From Antedon mediterranea (lineage: Eukaryota; Animalia; Echinodermata), in assembly GCF_964355755.1 (NCBI RefSeq), contig NC_092676.1, positions 4,441,888 through 4,505,887 on the forward strand: a stretch of 64,000 bases of DNA, in the 5' to 3' direction. This document shows, in pieces, positions 24,701-36,700 of this stretch. The translations under genes were made by a program, and so were the position numbers. The number at the start of each line of letters is the position of its first letter. The stretch's first letter is position 1. The notes below the pieces were generated by a model. That model saw only the letters and a program-made list of their open reading frames with translations. It did no database searches and was not told the origin of the DNA.

Positions 24701-27700
24701 GAATCTCGGTACTGATTTTAACCACCTGATGTAACCCTGTTTACTAATTAAATTGAGTTAGATAATTAGTTATTGACAATTAAAACGAATTTAGGTTCAA
24801 CGATTTGCCCCAAATAGGGGTGTTTTTCGATCGTGGTATACACTGTCTAATGGATGTCCGTCTTGAAAAATACCCACAGACAATAATACGAGGATGCTTC
24901 GCATTTTCCTATCTCCTCCTACGATAATTGTTTTTAATGGCTGAAAACCGGTTGAACAGCTCGAGTACAGCATCATAATGTTGAAGACAGGCCGCTTTTC
25001 TTTAAAAAATACTATTTTGATAGATTTAATATACGTTTATACAAATGTATTGATTTGCGATGAATGGAACATTCCAATCTCTGTTCCACAAGTGTCTATT
25101 CCCTCAGGCGTCGTAAAGGCAAGTACTGTATACTCATAACAGAAATTTGATCCATTTTTTTTTTAATCTGTGCTGCAGAGGTTGGATATAATTTTTTTTA
25201 AACGGATAATGAGCTAGCGTTTTCAGTCGCAGTATATTATGTAAACATCTTTATTATTGCATTTAAACCACCCACATCATCACCCCTCCCTCACTGGCAT
25301 GAGTAGCGTTGTAAAGCCAGTACAGGATAGGCCTACGGTGCATCACATCCCCTAAACGCAGAACAACTTTGGTGGGTAGGGTAAGAACCAACTTAAGTAT
25401 GAATTGGCTCTAAGAAACAATTGAAAACCATTAGGCCTACTAATTAAGTTGAGTTAGATAATTTAATATTTATTGACGATTAAATCGAATTTATGATTTT
25501 CCTCGAATAGAGGTGGTTTTCACAAATTGTTTTACATTATATAAACATACACGTCGTAGTGATGTATCGTTACATGTACTGTAGCCTACTATTTCAATCG
25601 ACTAGGACGGTGATAGTTTCAACAAAGTATTACATAGCAATGTTTTACTGTGTTTAGTGGTATATTATTTGTAAAACATGAAAACAATTAATATTTCGTT
25701 ACTAAATGGATAAAGAATATATTTAATATATTTAAAAATTTTTCCTCTTTGCACCCATCCTCTTCCCCATCCCTCACCCCTAATGTTACATACAAAACAC
25801 AAATTAAGTTTGTTTAAATTTGACTTAAACAATTGGTCTCATTTTGTGACAAGTTTCTCTTTCGGAAGTAATTCTCAGGGTGCTAATTTTAGTTGAGTAC
25901 ATAAATCATTGTCTATTTATTCGTTCCTGTAAACGACATGTATTATTGTAGGCCTACGTACATTTGAAATCGCCAGTTTTTTAACGCTGCAATTATTATG
26001 TATTCGAAAACCATCTGTGGGCACGACCTAGATGGTACGCGAGCGAAGCGAGCGTACCATCTAGTTCTTTAAAATAAAGGAAAACATTTACAGGGTGGGC
26101 AAGTAAAACTTAAAAGTGGTTTTGGTGGCCAACAAAGCTGTAATTTAAAACTTTACCCTGAAAAAAAGTGTATTACATGCAATTTTCTAACAGTATGCAA
26201 AATTTAAGGTAATTATCCTGTAGAGTAATTGTTTTAACTTCATTTAATAATTAATATTTTATTACATTTAAAACTCCCAACAATGGGCTTTGATGTCCCC
26301 TTAGGGAGGCCTTTCAGGAGGTCCAGTTTGCCTTAATATAATTTTCACTATTTCTATCAAAATTATATTCACTGTCATAAAGTATTTAGGTAACCGGTTA
26401 CAGGATTATAAATACATGAAAAACCCCCTTATTGTCAAAAATTGTCTGTGCCTATGAGAGGTGTGTTTGTGTTTGGATGTTCTGCTAAATAGGAAAATCA
26501 TTCAGGCCTTAATACTAGTGTCTTAATGGGATGTGTCTGGGAGTTTCATACCATACTGTATTACCATATTAGAAAAAAAAAAAAAACCTTCTTGAATATT
26601 GTAATTTTATTATACTGTTCATTCTTTTTCCTTTGTAGGAGATTGGATGGTAACCAAATCAGTACATTGCCAGCCCTTGCATTTAATGGTTTGTCAGCTT
26701 TGACAGACCTGTGAGTTTTTTCATACCATTTGCTACATTTACTAATTTATGTTATTTCACTAAATTAAATCATGCATGTAGAATTAACAATAACAGATTA
26801 TTATGTATTACCATAAAACCTTGAAAAGAAGGCAATTGCTGCCTCTTTTTTTAGGATTCTTGGGTGGGCTTCTATTTGAGATATGCTAAATTTTGAGATG
26901 GGCTTTTTTTTTGTGCCGCTCCTTTAGAAGCAGCACAAAACAAGCAAGCATTAGGAAACAGTTACCATTCGGAAGGTTATAGTTTGCTAGGACTGAAAAA
27001 TGGGTATTTGACAACTCGGGCTGGGAATGGGGGAAAACTCCAAAATTATATCAGATGTAGAACTCAATAGATAATTTGCAATTAACTTACCTGGACTATT
27101 ATACTGTGCATTATTTATTATTTAAGGCGGTTGGAAGGTAACCAAATACATACATTGGAAGCCTATGCATTTGCCAGTTTGGAATCATTTGGAGTTTCTT
27201 TTCAATACTCCCTAATTGTGGTTATTATAATTATTCCAGTTAATATGATATATGATAATCAGTCCTAAGTCACGGAAGATTCAATTGAAACCTATTATTA
27301 CAATTAATGGCAAAAGCTTAGAATATTTTGACTCAACCACATATCTTGGTCATGTTATCTCCTTGGATTTATGTGATGATTTCGATATAAAGCGGCAATA
27401 CAGATCTTTGTGTATCCGAGCCAACTCATTGGTAAGAAAATTTAGCATGTGTTCTGTCGATGTGAAATGTGTTGTATTTAGAACATATTGTGTAAATATG
27501 TATTGTGCTACATAATGGTGCAACTATAATCAAGGTACCTTGCGATCTCTTAAGGTATGCTACAATAATAGGTTAAGAATGTTGCTACAAAGGCCTCGAC
27601 ATTGCAGTGCCAGCCTTATGTTTACGGACATTAGAATTCCTTCTTTCTATGAATTGTTTAGAAAATCAATATATGGCCTGATGGGTAGACTAAATGCATG

Positions 27701-30700
27701 CGAAAATGTTTTAGTCTCAACGATTATAAGCAATGTCTTAGTTAAGTCGAAGATGCTCTCCAGGTGGAATGTCATCCTGAGATGAGTAGTAGTAATTAGT
27801 CTTGTTTATTTTATTTCATTTATATGTACTTTTTACTTTCTATGGACCAGAGATTCCGAAATAAAAGATTGAATGAATGAATGAATGAATACTGAATGTC
27901 ATATAGACTGCCCAAACAAACATTGAGTAAACACCAGTGTCAGTCAATGAAATTCGAATGAACAACATTAATTATAATTGATTAATTGATTCAAAGATAT
28001 TTTTTTTCAATAAAAAAGAATGAAATTTTATCCTAATACTGAATCAAACAAATTATATGATTTTAATTACTATAAATTATTTTATTTGTGGTGTATGGTG
28101 TAGTCAGCTCCAGATACACTTTTCTTTCATCATTACCTCTACTGTATATTAACTACTGTAGTTTCAAGCAGGAATGCTAGTTACTCTCAGTATAACATTT
28201 TAAATCGTAATCTAGTAATCGTAGTCTTAAAGATACATTGTCCGCATATTTAAAAAAAAAGGTCACAAAAGTCACATAAATATTTAAATTCACTTTGACC
28301 AAAAATGTGATTATTTACAGTAAAAAGAAATTTCAAATAATTTTAACATCAACATTTTTAAAATGTATACACCTTGACTGAACTATTTATTTTTGTAAAA
28401 TATAACAATTGAAACTGAATAACATATTAGATAATACATTTATTATATGGTTGCTAACAAACAATTTGAATTTGTTGTAGAATTTTGTTTTTAGAAAATA
28501 AGTTATTAAAGTTATTTACCAAATTGTTATTTTTTATTGTATATTTTGACATCACTAAAGTATACAATAGATGGATTACATGCAGTATAATGTATTTACT
28601 GTACTACAATTTAATTTTAATTAAAAAGTTAAATTAAAAATTGTATTTTACATTGTAGAACAATTATAACAAAATATTTAATATATAATTATATTATTAT
28701 GTGATTATAAGTTTAAACCCCCACCCTCCTCCCACCAAAAAAAACAACTGGTTTTTAATGAATTTACCATGACTTTTAAAAATTTTTCGTATAATAATAT
28801 AATAAATCAAAATAAAATATAATTTAAGTGAGATTTATTTAATACATTTAGTATTTGTTTATGTAGTATAGGTTATATAGAGATTTTGTTTGAGTTATCA
28901 AAATATAAATAATTTTTTTAATATTAACAATTACTTTGTATTTCTCTTACTTTTAAGGATATTGCACATCGGGCAAGTCACTGATTACAGGTATTTTTTT
29001 CATAGTTACTCTTATGAATTTCTTTTGATTAATAATTAATTAGTTCAATGTATGTACAGCAAAAATGAATGCAAAAATGCTACACAGTTTTAATCTTTGC
29101 CATTTAATTATTATCATTCCGTTCAGGGTTAAGTGACACTAGGCCTACTATCACTACAGTTTGCTGTTAAAAAATAGAAGATATTTTGTCATGACTTGCA
29201 ACATGCCTATAAAAAAAATGGCTACAACAAACAGAATTTACCCTTTAAAAGATCCATTCAGTTGGTAATACAAATAAAATATAATTATATTTTTATTTAC
29301 TGTTACAATCTACGGTACTGTTATATTTTATTTTGTAACATAATTTAGTTTAAACAGTGGGCTATGAGAACAACATTTCTATTTTTATACCTTAGATATT
29401 GAATATGAATGAGTAAATGAATGTGAACAAAACAGGGCTATCAAACTAAAGTTAATTGACAAACATCTCATATTTCTTGTCTTGCTGCTTAAACCTTTTC
29501 TTTTAAAATCAAAACTAAACTAAACATTATTTACATATTTATTGTTTCGTTTATTTCTACTTTTTAAATTCATTTTTTATTTATGATTATTTTATTTTAT
29601 GTGGTTTTCATAAAATGAAGCATCATTCAGTACCTGTTTCATTTATTGAGTTGCAGGCTGCACTGCAGCAGTGGAATCAGGAATAAAAAAAAGTGGGGGG
29701 TATGTGGGTTTACAAAAATAACTGAATTTTGATGTATCTGTGTTGTCCACCTATATCACTAGAGTGTTATCCCGTTGAAAACAAAGAAAAGTACCTTTCA
29801 CAACCAGACAAAAAAAAACACAATATTGAATTCAATTTTGTGATAATTACCCAGTCGGAGAATTAGAATTCTTAGATCTAATCTTTAATGGTAACTAATG
29901 GTTTTAAATTATAGTTTATAGTAGTATACATAGTTTTGAATACTGCAATTTTTTTTTACTGAACTTTATTTTTTTTAGGCCTAACCTGGTGGAATCTAAT
30001 CAAATACGTACACTAGAAGCCAACGCATTTAATGGGTTGACATCACTGCCAGAACTGTGAGTATTTTTTGGGTAGGAATTTCTACAAAATTTCTAAAAAT
30101 TTCAAATAAAACTAAATTTTAGAAACTTTTTTTTCCAAACTAAAACCAACAGAAAAACATGGCACAAAATGGTATAATCATTATATTATAATAACGACGC
30201 AAAACTACAATTACAATCCTGTTGGTGCAGTACCCGCTGCTTACTTGGGCTCGAATCTAACCACTAGCCATCAGCGCAAGCTCGGTGGTCTAGAGGTATG
30301 AACGCCAGGCTAGTGATCTGGAGGTCGTGGGCTCGAGTCCCACCCGAGAACTACTTGCGAATTTTTTCGCAAGTATTCTCAAATGTACTTAGTATAAAGT
30401 ACAAATTACGTCAGAGTAGGGCAAAACATCTAATTTATTATGTAATACATAATATCTCAAAACATGAAATGTATTTAATGGTCTGCTACTTGGTTTACTA
30501 CATTGTTTTTCCTTGAAAAGGTGGTTGAGAGATTTCAATATAAGTACATTACCAGCAAATGCATTTTTAGGTTTGACAACATTGACATTGCTGTGAGTAT
30601 TTTTTCATGCTATATACTTATAATAATGATTGAATTACTTCATAAAAAATGATGTATAGCGTCTAATTCTCCGATATAAAGGCTATTTTAAAGAAAAGTA

Positions 30701-33700
30701 ACATAGATTTCAGTATTTAAAAATTGTTTTTAGAAAATAAAAAGTTTTTAGAAGTTATCTATACAAATAAAATGTTTTTCCTGTCTTCTTATGGAAATGT
30801 TTGAGATGATTTAAGATGGTACCAGGGAAAGTAATTCCACTCTTCCCTAATGGTATGTACCAATGCACTATATTGAATAAAAAGGACACACAGACTTTTA
30901 CGTGAGTGTCCTTTATGAGGTGTCCATTTACAAGTGGTGTCCACGGGAAGTTTTAACGGTATTATGGACCATATCTGAATAAGTATCTAAGAAAAGCGGA
31001 CACAATTTCTTAGATATTTTAATTTCTTTATATTGTGTATTTTTTGTAGGAGGTTGGACGGTAACCAAATAAGGAAATTGCCAGCAAATGTATTTAATGG
31101 TTTGATAGCACTGACAGACATGTGAGTATAATAAATGTATCCCAAATCACTACATTGTACAATTAGCAGATGCATGCTGAGTTTATCATTATAATAATGT
31201 GTAATTGAATTTTAATAAGAGATGATGAACCTGGAGCCACTGGTCAACTTGCCTGAAATAACACTTTTGTACTATGAAAGGGTTACTTTTCTCTAGTAGC
31301 AAAAGGAAAACATTTACAGGGTGGGCAAGTAAAGCTTAAGACTAATTAACGCATTGGTTTTGGTTGCCAACAAAGCTGTAAATGGAAGAATAACTTATAA
31401 AAACTTTAACCAGAAAACAAACAAAAATAAAAGGGATAAATGCAGTGTTTATATTACCGTAAATCAATAGATTTGCAACTAACTTAATTAACTGCTCAAG
31501 CCCAAACTAGCAAGGCCATAATGTGCATTATTTATCATATACTGTGTATTTTTTATCATTTAAGGTGGTTGGATGGTAACCAAATACACACATTGGAAGC
31601 CTATGCATTTGCCGGTTTGGAATCATTGACAGAACTGTGAGTATTTTTTCAATACTTTTACAAACTTCCTTATTTTTAAAAGAAACTTTATTTATTGTTG
31701 TTTTAGAACTATTCTAATTATTCCAGTTGATACTGTATGTCATACTGCCCTAATATTGCTGTAACACCGGTGCCAATCAATTTACATCTAACAACATGAA
31801 TTATATTATTTTTTATATACATGAAAATTTGATTCAAAGATCTCTTTTGTCAATACATTTTTTAAATGAAAATTTACAATCATACAGTATCAAACAACTT
31901 GGATGTATATGATTTTAATAACTATGAATCATTTTATTTTGAAGACGTTTGAATGCTCACAAAATCAGTACATTGCCAGCTAATGCATTTAATGGTTTGA
32001 CAGCATTGACAACACTGTAAGTGTTTTATTTAGTTCATAATACTTTTATAATTATCTTTTTTAATTATACATTTTAAAATAAAATTTAATGAGAAAAAAG
32101 ATAGATGCTGTTAATTTTATTCATTTGTTCTTTATAATGGTTCCGAAACGTTGTTCTTTTTTGTCATTACATTTTATTTTAAAGTTATGTAGTAAACGTC
32201 TCTTAATTTGTAATTATGAATTCCTTTTTAAATTATAGTTAAATGTAAATCATGCAATTTTCTAAATGCAAATTTTAATGTAATGGTCCTTAGAGTAATT
32301 GTTTCACTTCATTTAATAATTAATATTTGATTAAAACTCCGAACAATGGGTCTTGATGTCCCCTTAAGGAGGTCCAGTAATATCATTTTCAGTATTTCTA
32401 TCAAAATTATATTTACTGTCAAAAAGTATTTAGGTAACCGGTTACGGGATTATAAATACATGAAAAACCCCTTATTGTCAAAAAGTGTCTGTGTGCCTAT
32501 GGTAGGTGTGTTTGTGTTTGGATGTGCTGCTAAATAGGAAAAATCATTCAGGCCTTAATACTAGTGTCTTAATGGGATGTGTCTGGGAGTTTCAACTGTA
32601 GTACCACCATACTGTATTACCATATTTGGAAATAATCAACCTTCTTGAATATTGTTATTTTATTATACTGTTCATTCTTTTTCTTTTGTAGGAGGTTGGA
32701 GGGTAACCAAATCAGTACATTGCCAGCCAGAGCATTTAATGGTTTGTCAGCTTTGACAGACCTGTGAGTTTTTTCATACTATTTGCTACATTTACTAATT
32801 TATGTTATTTCACTAAATTAAATCATGCATGTAGAATGAGTGTTGACAAAGTGCGAGGCAGCGAGGCACGCGAGGCAAGCGCGGCATGCGCGGCATGCCA
32901 AATATTTGTGCGAGGCATCATTTTATCATTTCCAAAAGTGCGAGGCATATAGTTTACAATTTCAAAAAGGTGCGAGGCATATCTTAACGTGCTATTATGC
33001 TATATTATAGGCCTAATAATCAATCGATACAAGCGTATCTAAATAGATTCGTGTATACACTCATCATGTTGTTTATTTTTATGTAACGATTGTTTTTTCA
33101 TTCAAGTCATATCGTGTCAAATTTTACTTTTACAAAAGTGCCCAAACTACGGTTAAAAAATCTGAACGACAGTCTTCAACTTTCGATAAACAATAATTGT
33201 TATAGCAACACACTCATCAAATGACTGCAATGTTTGTTGGCATTTCGAGCGTGTTCACTCACATGTCTCTCGAACATAGCAGAGTGAAAATAATATTTTG
33301 TCACACCCCTGCGCCTAGATCCGGTAGACCCGAGAGATGGAAAATCCCTCTTTACTATTTAGCAGGTAGCGGAATGATTCAGCCCTCAGCTCAGAGGATT
33401 GTGGTGCATTCCCCTCCTATAGCACGTGGTTTCAGCAGCAACGCACAGACTTCTCTCTGAGCGGCGTGCCAAAGACATTTTTGACATTCCATTCTCTAGG
33501 AACAACACGTGTACCTCTCTCGCAAATAAGGTGAACAGCGATTGCCAGGACAAGTTCAATAACTGGCGGTGAATAAAAGGTAACTGATATGCCGATCCAA
33601 TAACATGCCGCAAAGAAAAAAATTGCGACAGAATTCTGGAGCGCGTGTGAAAAAAGACTTACGTCCGACAATTGTAATACTAGGCCTAAAATTAAACTTT

Positions 33701-36700
33701 AGCTAATATGCTTAGCCCTAACCTAGATAAAGGCCTACTGTATGTAGAAAATAATTTAATCAATTTTGATAAAATAATAATTGGTGTAATATTTAATAAT
33801 GATACACTATTCCTGTTTTAGTAAGCTAGGTATATTACGAACGATTTTTATTTATTGTTGTCCATGTACGTACTAATAAACCTGGCGCTAGTTTCCTTCG
33901 CTTGTATGTTTACTCCAAATTTGATAACTAACTTTATCGTGTGAATACCACACCTTAGAAGTATACCTCATGAGTACTTTAATGAAAGAATCACATAAAA
34001 AGTAACAAATAAATCCTTAAATTAATGATTTTACAGGCGTGTTTCTCGCACACTGTTCGCGAATTTCACTTATTCAATGTTCAATATTTTTGTTTCTATG
34101 GAGCGCCAAAAGAGCAACGATAATAGAGGACTAAAACTCAGTGGAATGCGTCAATTTCTCATGCATTTATTGGTGAAAAACACGTTTTATTTCAATATAT
34201 TTGTTAATTTGTCAATAAAAATGTTGTAATATGTTACTGCTGATACTGTTCTGTTTTCAAAGAATAATAATCGATCCTAAATCAACATCACTACCTAGTC
34301 TAGACCTAGGACATCCTACTAAGGATATTATGATGAATTTTTCTATTTTATTCTTTAAAAGGTTAACGAAACCGTGTACATTATCAACAGTAACATTTTT
34401 CCTTACTGACAGTGACAAAATCTATTGAAATTGTACTTGATTTTCACCAAATAATGCGTTAAATATAAATGGATTCCACAGAGTTTTTAGCCCTCTAATT
34501 AATTTTGCTCTTTTGGCGTTCCATAGAAACCAAAATATTGAACATTGAGTGTGCGAAATGCGAGAAAAACAACGTCTGTAAAATCACCAATTTAATGGAT
34601 TTATTGTTACTTTTATGTGATTTTTCTTCATTAAAGTATGCCTAATTCTAAGCTGTGGTATTCAGGATAAAGCCTTGGTTAAATTACAAGGCAGGTGCAA
34701 AAGGAAACTAGCCTAGCGGGCCTAGGCCTAGGCTACTTCAATTTCGGTGATTTCCTGCCTTGCAATTTTGAGAAATGATAAAATGATGCCTCGCATTTTT
34801 TGATGATGGTAAAACGATGCCTCGCATAAATTTCTGACTTGCCTCGCATGCCTTCCCTGCCTCGCATGCCTTCCCTGCCTCGCGTGCCTCGCTGCCTCGC
34901 ACTTTGTTACTACCCATGTAGAATTAACAATAACAGATTATTATGTATTACCATAAAACTTTGAAAAGAAGGCAATTGCTGTTTCTTTTTTTAGGATTCT
35001 TGGGTGGGCTTCTTTTCGAGATATGCTAAATTTTGAGATGGGCTTCTTTTTGTGCCGCTCCTTTAGGAGCAGCACAAAACAAGCAAGCATTAGGAAACAG
35101 TTACCATTCGGAAGGTTACAGTTTGCTAGGGCTGAAAAAATGGGTATTTGGAAACCCGGACTGGGAATGGGGGCAAACCCCAAAATTATATAAGATGTAG
35201 AACTCAATAGATAATTTGCAATTAACTTACCTGCTCAAGCCTAAGCTAGCAAGACTATTATACTGTGCATTATTCATCATTTAAGGCGGTTGGAAGGTAA
35301 CCAAATACACACATTGGAAGCCAATGCATTTTCTGGTTTGGAATCATTGACAGAACTGTGAGTATTTTTTCAATACTTTTACAAACTTCCTAATTTCAAA
35401 AGAAACTATATTTATTGTTATTTAAGAACTATCTAATTATTCCAGTTGATACTGTATGTCATAGACTGCCCTAACATTGCTGTAACACCGGTGCCAATAT
35501 ATAGATCAGAGCAACAATATGAATTAATTATATTATTGTTTATATACATGATTATTTGATTCAAAGATCTCTTTTGTCACTAATTTTTTTTTTACACCAT
35601 AATACTGTATCAAACAACTTGGATTTTCCATACTATGAATTATTTTTCTGTATCAAACAACTATGATATAATAATTTTACTTTATTATGAAAAAATTATT
35701 TTGAAGGCGTTTGAATGGTCACAAAATCAGTACATTGCCAGCTAATGCATTTAATGGTTTGACAGCATTAACAACACTGTAAGTGTTTTCTCTTGTTCAT
35801 ATTGTCCTCTTAGGGGTTGGCCATTGTGTTATAACATATATTGCCCATCGTTTGCGTAAAGTGTCTTCTGAATAGAGCTGTCCTACAGTAAATCTTACTC
35901 ATTATAGTAAATTAATTGGTTAAGCTAATTATATAATAGGGTCTGTTGATTTATCTTTTAACAGGAACTTAGATAACAACGCTATAACTACCATAGATCC
36001 TGAGGCATTTTCTTTTGTTGTTTCATCACTTTCGATTTTGTAAGTTAACACTGTGCAATTTGTCCATAACCTATATTGGTATGATTTATATCAGGATCAA
36101 GAGAGAGAACATCCACCTTTTATTGCCTCAATTAAATCATCCTTATCACTTTGGCCTATTTTTAATAAACAGTAATTATGTTTATGTACATAAGATTTAC
36201 CAATAAAATCTATTGACGTACTCTTCAATTTCAGAAATCATAGATCCAAATACTTGATAATTGCTTGACTCTATTACATGGTTATATATTGCAGAAATTG
36301 ATTGATTTTTTTTAAATTGAAGAAATTTAGTGTTAGTTACTTTGACGTGGTCATGTACTAACAAGTAAAACCACCTTTAAAAAAAACAAACTACAATAAC
36401 TAAACACTCGAATATAAACATATTATTAGAAGTTCTGTACAGTATTATATTATTATTATTATTATTTATTATTATAATAAGAAATGTTATGTATACAACA
36501 TAGATATATTAAGTAAGTAATGAATGAAAGAAGAGAAAGTGTGAAACATACAGAGTTCTAGACAAAAAAAAGTTGATACAAAGAAAAACACCTGAAATAA
36601 TAATTTTGGCAACTCTGGTAATTCTTCTTGTACATTCTTAACAATGTTTAATTTAGTGTTTGAATTTGTTATTTTTAGAAAGTTAAGAGGCAACAAGTTA

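Noticed and set aside
28958-28990. Possible 33-nt exon (ttttaag|G ATA TTG CAC...ACAG|gtattt) after a decayed class A-like intron
   Set aside because: The acceptor context resembles the cassettes, but the peptide (ILHIGQVTDY) is not an LRR and the donor is weak; at most a disrupted relic.
30280-30348. Functional tRNA gene
   Set aside because: The B box is degenerate (GGCTCGA) and a convincing cloverleaf could not be folded by eye; treated as a SINE head.
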